Positions 1-9,900 of a stretch of 32,000 nt of DNA are shown here, in pieces. Location: NCBI RefSeq assembly GCF_008065095.1, contig NZ_CP042911.1, positions 1,590,001 through 1,622,000 on the forward strand, written 5' to 3'. The notes under the pieces were generated by a model. It saw only the letters and a list, made by a program, of their open reading frames with translations, did no database searches and was not told the DNA's origin. A program made the position numbers and the translations under genes. This stretch comes from Gemmata obscuriglobus. Its GTDB lineage: Bacteria; Planctomycetota; Planctomycetia; Gemmatales; Gemmataceae. Every line of letters begins with the position of its first letter. Position 1 is the first letter of the stretch.

Positions 1-1230
1 CTGCACGCCCGCGCCCTGGTCCACCTCGCCGACATCCGCCAGCTCGCCAACCACCCGCGCGAGCAGGACCTGTCCGCCCAGCTCGACGACGGGTTCGCCC
101 GGTACCTGAAACTGTGGGAGTCGATGCCCCCGAAGGGGGCGCCCGAGCACGCCCGGCAGGTCGAGGCGGCGACCCAGTTCCTCGAGGCGAACGTGCTGTA
201 CCCGTGCCGCGACATCGAGGCGTTCAACGACCAGCGGGTCGAGGAGACCACCTCCCAGCACGAGCGGGTGCTGAGCCGGCTCGCGTGGGGCATGGCGGTG
301 GTCGCGGGGCTCGGGGCGGTCGCCGGGGTGGTGTTCGGGTACGGCGTCGCCCGGCTCCTGAGCCAGTCGATCCGGCGGCTCCAGGTGCAGATCCGCGACG
401 CGGCCGGGAAGCTCGGGCCGAACCAGCCCGAGATCCTGCTGACGGGCGACCCCGGGTTCGGCGGCCTGCACGACGAGCTGGAGTCCCTCACGGCGCGCAT
501 CGAGGGCGTCATGCAGGCGCTCCACGAGCGCGAGCTGGAGGTGATCCGCTCCGAGCACCTGGCGGCGGTGGGGCAGCTCGCCGCGGGCGTCGGGCATGAG
601 ATCCGGAACCCGCTCACCTCCATCAAGATGCTGGTGCAGACGGGGCTGGAGGGCGCCGCCCCGCCGCTGTCGGCCGAGGACCTGCGGATCATCGAGTCCG
701 AGATCCGGCGCATGGAGCGGTCCCTCCAGACGTTCCTGGAGTTCGCCCGGCCGCCCAAGCTGGAGCGCCGGCCGACCGACCTGGGCGCCGTGCTCGAGTC
801 GGTCCTCGGGCTGGTCCGGGGGCGCGCCGAGCAGCAGCGCGTGGCCACCCGGCTGGAGCTGCCCGGCCCTCCGGTGGTGCTGACCGCCGACGCGGGGCAG
901 CTCCAGCAGGTGTTCGTGAACCTGGTGCTCAACGCCCTCGACGTGATGCCCACCGGCGGGGCGCTGACCGTCCGCGCCCGCGCGGCCGGCGGCGGGATCG
1001 AGGTGGAGGTGTCCGACACCGGCCCGGGAATCAGTAAAACCATGCTGCCGCGGCTGTTCGTGCCGTTCGCGAGCAGCAAAGACACCGGCCTGGGGCTGGG
1101 GCTGGTGATCTCCCGGCGGATCGTGGAAGATCACGGCGGGACCATGAACGCCGGGAACCGCGCGGGCGGCGGGGCCAGCTTCTTCGTTCGGCTCCCCGCC
1201 GGCGCCGGCCGCGAGCCCGCGGCGCCCTGA
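1..1230 (+). CDS. Sensor histidine kinase, 5'-truncated by the window edge (TM segment, linker, HisKA, HATPase_c)
   Basis: Frame 1 is open from base 1, with no stop before the ATG at 124 used by the ORF track, so the gene probably begins upstream of the window. The translation shows a hydrophobic segment (LAWGMAVVAGLGAVAGVVFGYGV), an H-box (HEIRNPLTSIKMLVQ), an N-box (VNLVLNALDVMP) and G-boxes (DTGPGI, GLGLGLVISRRIVEDHGG). The TGA stop at 1228-1230 lies 18 nt before the next ATG. Confidence 0.88.
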   Translation: MHARALVHLADIRQLANHPREQDLSAQLDDGFARYLKLWESMPPKGAPEHARQVEAATQFLEANVLYPCRDIEAFNDQRVEETTSQHERVLSRLAWGMAVVAGLGAVAGVVFGYGVARLLSQSIRRLQVQIRDAAGKLGPNQPEILLTGDPGFGGLHDELESLTARIEGVMQALHERELEVIRSEHLAAVGQLAAGVGHEIRNPLTSIKMLVQTGLEGAAPPLSAEDLRIIESEIRRMERSLQTFLEFARPPKLERRPTDLGAVLESVLGLVRGRAEQQRVATRLELPGPPVVLTADAGQLQQVFVNLVLNALDVMPTGGALTVRARAAGGGIEVEVSDTGPGISKTMLPRLFVPFASSKDTGLGLGLVISRRIVEDHGGTMNAGNRAGGGASFFVRLPAGAGREPAAP

Positions 1231-1248
1231 ACCCCCTGGTGCGCACCC

Positions 1249-2703
<1,455 letters not shown>

Positions 2704-2764
2704 GCGATCACCGGCTGTCGGGGCCACGCGGGCTGATTCGCGTGTTCTCAAGTGTTTTTCATAA

Positions 2765-2780
2765 CGGCACGAGCGTTGCC
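2765..2780 (+). promoter_or_regulatory. Candidate sigma-54 (-24/-12) promoter P1
   Basis: CGGCAC-GAGCG-TTGCC matches the TGGCAC-N5-TTGC consensus with correct GG/GC spacing. It lies 62 nt after the response-regulator stop and 35 nt before the proposed GTG start of the SulP gene. The box falls inside the 5' extension that the ORF track gives the SulP ORF, which argues for the downstream start. Confidence 0.6.
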
Positions 2781-2814
2781 TTGTGGCGGACCAACACACC
2801 CGAGGGCAACTTCC

Positions 2815-4521
2815 GTGGCCGCACCGACCAACGCCCCCCCGCCGCTCGCGCCGGGCCTCCTGCCCAACCTCAAGTTCGACGCCGTCGCCGGGTTCCTGGT
2901 GTTCCTGATCGCGATGCCGCTGTGCCTCGCGATCGCCCGGGCCAGCGGGTTCCCGCCCATCGCCGGCATCTGGACCGCGGTCGTCGGCGGCGTCCTCTGC
3001 ACCCTCATCAGTAACGCGCAGCTCACGATCAAGGGGCCGGCGGCCGGGCTGATCGTGATCGTGTACGGGGCGGTGACCGAGCTCGGGGCCGAGTTCGGGG
3101 CCGACCTGTCGGACGCGGACCGGGCGTTCCTCGGGTACAAGCTCGCGCTGGGCGTGGGCGTGACCGCGGGCGTCGTCCAGATCCTCCTCGGGCTGGTCCG
3201 GGCCGGGCGGCTGGCGGACTTCTTCCCGCTCACCCCGGTCCACGGGATGCTCGCCTCGATCGGCCTCATCATCATCGCCAAGCAGGCCTACGAGGTGCTC
3301 GGGGTGGCGCCGGAGAAGGGGGCCGGGCCGCTCGAGCTGTACGCCGGGCTGCCGGCGGCGCTGGGGCGCATCAACCCCGAGATCGCGCTCATCGGGCTCG
3401 TCGGGCTGCTGATCCTGTTCGGGCTGCCGCTGGTGAAGGCCGGGTGGGTGCGGAAGGTGCCGGCGCAGCTCGTCGTGCTGGTGGCCGCGGTCGCCCTCGG
3501 GCTGGCGTTCGACCTCGAGCACAAGCACACGTACCTGTTCCCGGACAGCTTCTTCGACATGAACCACCGGGCCGAGTTCGAGGTCGGCCCGCGGTTCCTG
3601 GTGGACATGCCCGAGGTGCTCCAGAACCCGGCCGAGGCGTTCGCGGTGCCGGACTTCCGCGGGGTGCTGACCGCCACCGGCATCCAGTACGTGGTCCTGT
3701 TCTGCCTCATCGGCAGCCTCGAATCGCTGCTCAGCGCCAAGGCCATCGAGCTGGTGGACCCGTGGCGCCGCAAGACCAACTTCGACCGCGACCTGCTGGC
3801 GGTGGGGGCGGCGAACACGCTGTGTGCGGCGATCGGCGCGCTGCCGATGATCTCGGAGATCGTCCGCAGCAAGGCGAACATCGACAGCGGCGGGCGCACG
3901 AAGGCGGCGAACCTGTTCCACGGGCTGTTCCTCCTCGGGTTCGTGCTGCTGTTCCCGAACCTGATCCACCACATCCCCCTGGCGGCCCTGGGGGCGATGC
4001 TCGTGTACACCGGGTTCCGGCTCGCGAACCCGGTCGAGTTCGTCCGCACCTACAAGGTGGGCAGCGAGCAGTTCATCGTCTTCGTCGGGACCATCCTGGC
4101 GACGCTCGCGACGGACCTGCTGATCGGCATCGGCGTCGGCATCGGGCTCAAGGTCGCGTTCCACGTGTGGCACGGGTGCTCGGTGCGCGGGCTGTTCACG
4201 TGCGACGTGGAGGCGGTGCCGGAGGGCGACCGGCTGGTCGTGCTGGTGGTCCGGCGGGCCGCCGTGTTCTCCAACTGGCTCGGCGTGCGGGCCGTCATCT
4301 TCCGCGAGGCCGAGCGCCGCGACGAGGTGGTGCTCGACCTGTCGCGCACCCGGCTGGTGGACCACACGGTGATGGAGAAGCTGCACCAGCTCGAGGACGA
4401 CTTCGCGCACCTCGGGAAGCGGCTGAAGGTGATCGGCCTGGAGGAGCACGTGCCGCTCTCGGGGCACCCGCTGGCGGCGCGAAAGGGCGCCGGCCGCGAG
4501 TCGACCCCCGCGGCGGTGTAG
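2815..4521 (+). CDS. SulP-family anion transporter with C-terminal STAS domain
   Basis: The translation is multi-TM, with a SulP-like N-terminal region (LKFDAVAGFLVFLIAMPLCLAIARASGFPPIAGIWTAVVGG) and the segment LLAVGAANTLCAAIGALPMISEIVRSKANIDSGGRT. The C-terminal soluble domain looks like STAS (VVLDLSRTRLVDHTVMEKLHQLEDDF). The start is uncertain: I prefer GTG 2815 (GAGGG at 2802-2806, downstream of P1) over the ORF-track start at 2752. Confidence 0.88.
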   Translation: MAAPTNAPPPLAPGLLPNLKFDAVAGFLVFLIAMPLCLAIARASGFPPIAGIWTAVVGGVLCTLISNAQLTIKGPAAGLIVIVYGAVTELGAEFGADLSDADRAFLGYKLALGVGVTAGVVQILLGLVRAGRLADFFPLTPVHGMLASIGLIIIAKQAYEVLGVAPEKGAGPLELYAGLPAALGRINPEIALIGLVGLLILFGLPLVKAGWVRKVPAQLVVLVAAVALGLAFDLEHKHTYLFPDSFFDMNHRAEFEVGPRFLVDMPEVLQNPAEAFAVPDFRGVLTATGIQYVVLFCLIGSLESLLSAKAIELVDPWRRKTNFDRDLLAVGAANTLCAAIGALPMISEIVRSKANIDSGGRTKAANLFHGLFLLGFVLLFPNLIHHIPLAALGAMLVYTGFRLANPVEFVRTYKVGSEQFIVFVGTILATLATDLLIGIGVGIGLKVAFHVWHGCSVRGLFTCDVEAVPEGDRLVVLVVRRAAVFSNWLGVRAVIFREAERRDEVVLDLSRTRLVDHTVMEKLHQLEDDFAHLGKRLKVIGLEEHVPLSGHPLAARKGAGRESTPAAV

Positions 4522-4983
4522 GGGCCACGGGCCGCGCCGGACGGCGACCACGTTTCAACCCCTGTGGGAGCCCCGGCGCGGTCCGCCCGGACCCGTTCCG
4601 GGGCCGCCGCATCAAAACCCGCTCCGTTCCCGAAACCGCTGCGGACGGAGCGACCGGCACGTCGGGCTGTTCTCCACCTCATTTCTCTCATTGCAGCGTT
4701 TCCAAAAATCGCGCCCGCGTCGGGAGCGCCCGGCGCCCGGGTTCTTGTTTGAAGGTTGCTCCCGCGCGCACACGATAAATCGACCGTAAGTGCTGCGGCG
4801 AAATCGCGTTGCGTCACATCCGTCGAACGCGGTTGAAACCGGAATCCGTTGCCCCGAGGCTCACTGCCAGAGCTTGAGAGCGGGATTCGCGGGTAGCGAT
4901 GTCCCCAGCGAACGGCCACTCAACCGCCAGCAGATGTCCCGTCGCCGACCGGCCGATGCCCCACCAGTGCCCGCCCGCGTGGC

Positions 4984-5003
4984 GCTGTAACCCCCGTTAC
5001 AGC
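4984..5003. repeat. Palindromic repeat GCTGTAAC-CCCC-GTTACAGC (copy 1)
   Basis: Perfect 8-bp arms around a CCCC loop, read directly from the sequence. It sits in a roughly 900-bp non-coding gap. Confidence 0.7.
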
Positions 5004-5048
5004 CGAGTGCCGCCGCACCCAAAAGGCGCGGGTGCGTCAGTGACCACC

Positions 5049-5084
5049 CGTGCGGTGCTGTAACCCCCGTTACAGCACCGCGCG
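5049..5084. repeat. Palindromic repeat with the same GTAAC-CCCC-GTTAC core (copy 2, longer stem)
   Basis: GCGGTGCTGTAAC-CCCC-GTTACAGCACCGC has 13 perfect bp. The stem extends by 3 more pairs if one G-T pair is allowed. It lies 73 nt after copy 1. Confidence 0.7.
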
Positions 5085-5236
5085 TCCAACGGGACCGAAC
5101 CGCTCGACGTGGTGCGAACTCGTGCGACCGATTCGCCGCCGCTCGACGGACCGAGCGGCCGCTGTCGCCAAACGATCCGCACCCCGTCTCGCTGTTGCGC
5201 TCCCGCCCGGGGCGGGCGCCGCGCGTCGGCCCGGCG

Positions 5237-5290
5237 GGCCGCACACCCGCTGTGGCGCACCCGCGCGCGGGCGTGTCACGGCCGCACACC
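5237..5290 (+). promoter_or_regulatory. Candidate enhancer (UAS) repeats GGCCGCACACC x2 upstream of P2
   Basis: An identical 11-mer, GGCCGCACACC, occurs at 5237-5247 and 5280-5290 (43-bp spacing), 85-138 bp upstream of the P2 -24 box. The same CCGCACAC / GTGTGCGG core is clustered between P3 and P4 (18802-18845). The core also occurs by chance inside the SulP and Wza genes, so significance is modest. Confidence 0.3.
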
Positions 5291-5374
5291 GCGGCGCCCG
5301 CGTGCCCGCTTGCGTCGCGTCAAAAGCCTTGTTTTCCTAGCGTTTTCAGCTCATTGCCGCGTTCTCGCGGGGTG

Positions 5375-5390
5375 CGGCACGGGCGTTGCG
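5375..5390 (+). promoter_or_regulatory. Candidate sigma-54 (-24/-12) promoter P2
   Basis: CGGCAC-GGGCG-TTGCG lies 45 nt upstream of the DksA/TraR ATG (5435). It is followed by the SD sequence AAGGAG at 5424-5429. Confidence 0.6.
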
Positions 5391-5434
5391 TTAGTACCGG
5401 CACGCACACAACAGGAAGTCTCGAAGGAGCCACC

Positions 5435-5803
5435 ATGAGTGCCACGACGCCGCGCGAGGATGTCCTCGGCGCCTGCCGCAAGCAACTGGAAGTTCTGGTC
5501 GACCGGCTGTCCAACGGCGTCGCGCAACTGACGGCCGAGGCGCAGCGCCCGGTCGGTCCGGGAACCGCCGCCGCGACCGCCGCCGGTAACGAAGGCGACG
5601 AGGAGGTCGCCCGCAGCGTCCTGCTGTCCGAGGAGCAGATCCTCGGCGAGGCGCAGGCCGCCCTCGCGCGGTTCGACGAGGGGACGTTCGGCAGATGTCA
5701 GCGGTGCGGACGCGCGGTCGCCCGGACGCGGCTGGCCACGATCCCGTACGCCCGTAACTGCATCAAGTGCGCCCGCGCCGCCGAGGCGGGGCACAACGGC
5801 TGA
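5435..5803 (+). CDS. DksA/TraR-family C4 zinc-finger protein
   Basis: ATG at 5435 is preceded by GAAGGAG. The 122-aa product has a predicted coiled-coil N-terminal half and a C-terminal CxxC-N17-CxxC motif (CQRCGRAVARTRLATIPYARNCIKC). The ORF-track start at 5195 would overlap P2 and encodes Arg/Pro-rich junk. Confidence 0.85.
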   Translation: MSATTPREDVLGACRKQLEVLVDRLSNGVAQLTAEAQRPVGPGTAAATAAGNEGDEEVARSVLLSEEQILGEAQAALARFDEGTFGRCQRCGRAVARTRLATIPYARNCIKCARAAEAGHNG

Positions 5804-5913
5804 CCCGGACCGGATTGGACTGAACACGATTTGGAGATTCCGGACCGCCGACCGGCGCACCACCCGCCCCGGCGAGTCCCAGTACCTCACTCACAGGTGG
5901 CGGGGATACTACC

Positions 5914-6108
5914 ATGATGCCGGTCGGACTGGAAATGTGGGAACTGGTTGCCATCTCCGCGATGTGCTCGCTGACCGCCCTGAGCGTTTTCAGCACGATC
6001 GCCGTCTCGGTCGCGTACCTCGCGACCCGCGAATCGGAACCCGTTGCGGCCCCGGCCCCGGCCGCGAAACCGGTTCCGACCTTCGCCCCGGTGCCCGTCG
6101 CGGGCTGA
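5914..6108 (+). CDS. Hypothetical small membrane protein (64 aa), weakly supported
   Basis: One hydrophobic helix (LVAISAMCSLTALSVFSTIAVSVAYL) is followed by a Pro/Ala-rich tail. Third codon positions are mostly G/C. It lies 110 nt downstream of the DksA/TraR gene on the same strand. I recognise no family. Confidence 0.3.
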   Translation: MMPVGLEMWELVAISAMCSLTALSVFSTIAVSVAYLATRESEPVAAPAPAAKPVPTFAPVPVAG

Positions 6109-6370
6109 TCCGGCGCACGTGAATCGCCCCCGTGCGTGGTGCGCGTGGGTACCAAGTCCAGCAGTTTCAAGTTCGCGCCGCGGTTCTGGCCCGGAGTGTG
6201 GTCCGCTCACTCGGTGAGCGGTGTTATCACGGATCGGTCGCGGCTGTGGTCGAGGGAATGTAGCGCCTGCGAAACGCCCTGCGAGGGTCAATAGGCCCCT
6301 CGCGGGGCTCCGGTCGTGAGTCGGACCATCCACGTCGGAACCGAGTATCCCATACATGAACCCATCTGCG

Positions 6371-6458
6371 GTGTCGCTTTGTTGACGAGCCGCGACCGCC
6401 AGGGAGCGGTATACGTGTCACCGCTCCTGGCGGTCGCGGCTCGTCAACAAAGCGACAC
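6371..6458. repeat. 88-nt near-perfect hairpin (39-40-bp arms)
   Basis: GTGTCGCTTTGTTGACGAGCCGCGACCGCCAGGGAGCGGT (6371-6410) pairs with ACCGCTCCTGGCGGTCGCGGCTCGTCAACAAAGCGACAC (6420-6458). The only imperfection is a single 1-nt bulge. Confidence 0.85.
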
Positions 6459-6490
6459 GACCATCGGGCACGTGTACCAGAACAACACAT

Positions 6491-6652
6491 ACGCAACTGC
6501 ATAATTAGACTCGTAGCGCAATAGGCAGCAAGTCCTTGTTTAGAAAGAGTTTGTGGCGAATTCACATTCAATGCCGCAACTCGTTTTCAAGCAAGGACCT
6601 ACGGCGAAAACCGGCCCTATTGCGCAACGAGTCTATTGATTTGCAGTTGCGT
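6491..6652. repeat. AT-rich ~160-nt imperfect inverted repeat nested in the MITE-like element
   Basis: The arms ACGCAACTGCA.AAT.AGACTCGT.GCGCAATAGG..AAGTCCTTG (6491-6538) and CAAGGAC...CCCTATTGCGCAACGAGTCTATTGATTTGCAGTTGCGT (6592-6652) are complementary apart from a few indels. This is the lowest-GC patch in the window. Confidence 0.6.
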
Positions 6653-6813
6653 CCAGATTACCGAAGCCGCCGCCGTGCCAGAACCGTGATAATACCTCTG
6701 CACGGAGTGAGCGGACCACACTCCCCAAGGCCGGAACCGCGGTGACGCGGGCGCGACATCACGCGTCTACCACCGGTCCCACCGCGACCCGTTACAGAAA
6801 CCGGCGTGAGTGG

Positions 6814-6881
6814 CGATCAACACGCATGTGGTCGCTTCCCGAGCCGCGCGGCTCGGGAAGCGACCACACGCGTGTTGATCG
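6814..6881. terminator. 68-nt palindrome downstream of the TPR gene (terminator-like; related to the 6371-6458 repeat)
   Basis: CGATCAACACGCATGTGGTCGCTTCCCGAGCCGC / GCGGCTCGGGAAGCGACCACACGCGTGTTGATCG has 34-bp arms with one mismatch. It starts 31 nt after the TPR stop codon (6912-6914, minus strand). There is no T-tract. The arm shares GCGGCTCG..AAGCGAC.AC with the 6420-6458 arm. Confidence 0.55.
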
Positions 6882-6911
6882 GTGCTCGCGCAACCCGGGG
6901 CGGCGGGTTCG

Positions 6912-9900
6912 TCACTTCACCCGCGGCGGGTACTTGGTCTGGAGCTGCTCGTACTTCTTGAACTCGATCGCGTGCAGGTCGTCGGCGGTGAGCCCCAGGC
7001 GGCGGGCCGCGTCCACCTCGTCAACGGCCCGGGTCCGTTGCGCCGCCAGCACGTTCTGGTCGTAGGCCCACGCGAGGTGGAAGTGGTACGCCGCCCGGTC
7101 GTACTGGGTGAGCGCCATTTCCAGGTCCTTGATCGCCAGCTCGGGGCGGCTGCTCACCAGGTACGCGACCGCCCGGGTGTCGAGGAACGCCGGGACCGGG
7201 CCGCGGATCGCGATCAGCTCCGACATCAGGTTCACCGCCTCGTCGGCGCGGGCCGGCTGGTGCAGCGCGAGCAGCATGCACAGGTTGTTGGTGATCACGT
7301 CCTTGCGGCCCTTCGAGTCGCGGCCCCGGGCGAGCTTCGCGGCCGACCGCTCGTACTCCCGGATCGCGGTCGCGTACTCGCCCCGGGCGTCCGCCAGTTC
7401 GGCCTTGGCGCCGATCAGCGCGGCTTCCAGCTCGGGGTCGGCCGCGGACTTGGCCAGCGCCTCGTCGAGCCACTTCTCGACCTTCGCCTCCGTGGCGGCG
7501 TCCGGGCGCTTGGTGCGCACGGCGCCGGTCAGGAGCTGCGCGGTCAGCAGGACCGGGGCCTTCCGCTCGCGCTCGAACGCCAGGGCGATGGCCTGCTGGG
7601 GCTGCTTCTGGCGGATGTAGAGGATCGCCAGCGGCTGGTGGGCGTCGGGGGCGGTGCCGGACGCCACCTTCTTGTACAGCGCCTCGGCCTCGTCCGGCAG
7701 CCCGATCTCTTCGAACACCGGGCCGGTGCGCGAAACGATCGCGTCCGGCTCGTCCCAGCCCTTGAAGCTCTTGAGCACCGCGCGGGCCTTCTCGACCAGC
7801 TTTTTCGCGTCGGCCGTGTCCGCGACGGTGGCGGCGTCGCGGCTCTTGCGGTGCAGCAGCCGGGCCTCCTCCCGGACCGCCTCCCAGCTCCCGGGGTTGT
7901 TGATCTTGAGCCGGTCCAGCGTCGCCTCGGCGCGCCCCAACTGGCCGAGCGGGGAGAGGGCCACCTGCACGCGCACCAGGGCCGCGATGTGTTCGGCGGT
8001 CACCCCGGGGCGGATGCGGGCCGCCCGCTTGAAGTGGTCCTCGGCCTCGGCGTACTCGCCCACGTCGAACGCGAGCCGGCCCAGCAGGTAGCACTCGTCC
8101 GGCGTCAGGTCGCCCTGGTCCCCGTGCTCCTTCAGCACCTTGATGCCCGCCCCGCGGGTCGCCGGGTCCACCGTCCAGATGACCGCCCGGGCCTTCAGGT
8201 CCTCGGGGTCCTTGGGCGCGTCCTTCAGGTTCCGCTCCACGAGCGCCAGGGCCTCGTTCCGCACCACGTAGGCGTTCGGCCGCGCGATCGTGGTGAGCGC
8301 GAGGTGCCGCCGGGCCCAGCGGGCCGTGTCCTGGGCGGGCGAGTCCTTCGCGGCGGCGAGGAGCCGGTCGGCGGTCGCCGCCTGGCCGGTGCGCTGGTGG
8401 AACTGGATCAACTGGCGGGTGGCGTTCAGGTCGAGCGGGGCGGCGGCGGCCGCGGCCTCGAAGTGCCCGAGCGCGGCCTTGCGGTCGCCCACCATTTCGT
8501 GCAACCCGCCCAGCGCGACTTGCAGCTCGGCGCGCGCCTCGGGGGTCGCCGCCGGGGCCGCCGCGAGCTTCACCTCGGCCTGGGCCACCGCCTGCGTCGC
8601 GCCGGGCAGGTCCCCGGTCCGCACGAGCTGGGACACCAGCGAGCCCCACGTCTCCGGCGACCGGTCGTTCAGCTCCACCGCCCGCCTGAACGCGGTCAGG
8701 GCCCCGGCGTCCTCGCGGATCGTGGCCAGCAGGGCGCCGCGGAGCAACTGGAGCCGGTGGTCCTTGCTGTCGACCGGGGCGATGCCGTCCACGGTCGCCT
8801 TCGAGTTGCGGGGCACCTCCGGGGCGGCCAGCAGGTCGCGGATCGCGCGGTACCGCTCCAGGTCGTCCGGCAGGCGGATCTCGGTGCGCAGCTTGTTGAG
8901 CACCCCGACCGCCAGGTCGTCCTGCTTCTTCACCCGGAACAGCTCGATCGTCCGGCGGATGACGAACTCCTGGCGCTCCCCGTTGTCGATCGCCTTCCGG
9001 TAGTTCTCCAGCGCCGCGTCGTTGAGCCCCTGCATGTAGTCCAGCTCGGCCAGGGCCACGTACGCGCGGCCCCAGCCGGGGCGGGCGATCTGGGCGCGGC
9101 GGCCCAGCTCGCGGAGCCGGGCGGCGGCCGCGTCCCGGGCCGCCTTGTCGGTCATCTTCTTCACCTGCGGCAGCTCGACTGCGATCCGCCCGAGCGCGGC
9201 GTACGGGCCGCCGCCGCCCTCGATCGTTTCGATCTCGGTGAGCGCCTGCGCGACCAGGTCCGCGCGCCCGGCCGCGATGGCGTTGTCCAGCAGCACCGTG
9301 CGGCAGCCCAGGTCGCCCGGCACCAGGTCGGCGGCGGCGCGCAGGAGCTTCAGCGCGACCTCACGGAGCCCCTGCGCCTGCGCCCCGTCGGGCTGCAGGT
9401 CGGCCACCCGCCCGACCGCCTGGCCCAGGCCGTACCACAGCCGGAACTGGTCCGGCTTGGCGATCCCCGGCGGGCCGTCGGCCAGCGCGGCGAACTTGTC
9501 CGGCTCGGGCACCCGGTTGCGCGCGACCAGCAGCCCGGCCTGGGCCAGCCGCAGGTCCACCGAGTCGCCGAACTTGGTCTTGGCCTCCTCGAGCACCGCC
9601 AGCGCGGACTCCGCGGTCCCCCCGGTGTTGAGCCGGGCCAGCGCCACGAACGCGGCGTTCGCTTTCGGGCTCTTGGGGTTCTTGTCGATCCACAGGCGCA
9701 GCTCGTCGGCGCCCTGGTCGGTCTTCCCCTGTGCGGCCAGCGCGTCCGAGCACAGCACCTGCATCTCCACCGGCCGCTCCGCGACCGGCACCGGCTTCAC
9801 CGCCTCGTTGAACCGGTCCCAGTCGCGCTCCCCGCTGGCGCCCGGCTGCGCCAGCACGTGGTACAGTTCGAGCCGCACCAGCTCCGTGCGGTGCTCGTTC

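Larger units (their letters stand above)
6164..6741. mobile_element. Non-coding MITE-like element with ends related to the IS4-like relic at 24883-25843
   Basis: The left end (GGAGTGTGGTCCGCTCACTCGGTG..TTATCACGGAT, from 6193) and right end (CCGTGATAATACCTCTGCACGGAGTGAGCGGACCACACTCC, 6684-6724) are inverted copies of each other. They closely match the inverted ends of the IS relic. The left flank (GTTTCAAGTTCG.GCC, 6164) is also shared with the IS relic flank at 24845. The interior has no credible ORF and consists of nested palindromes. Confidence 0.55.
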
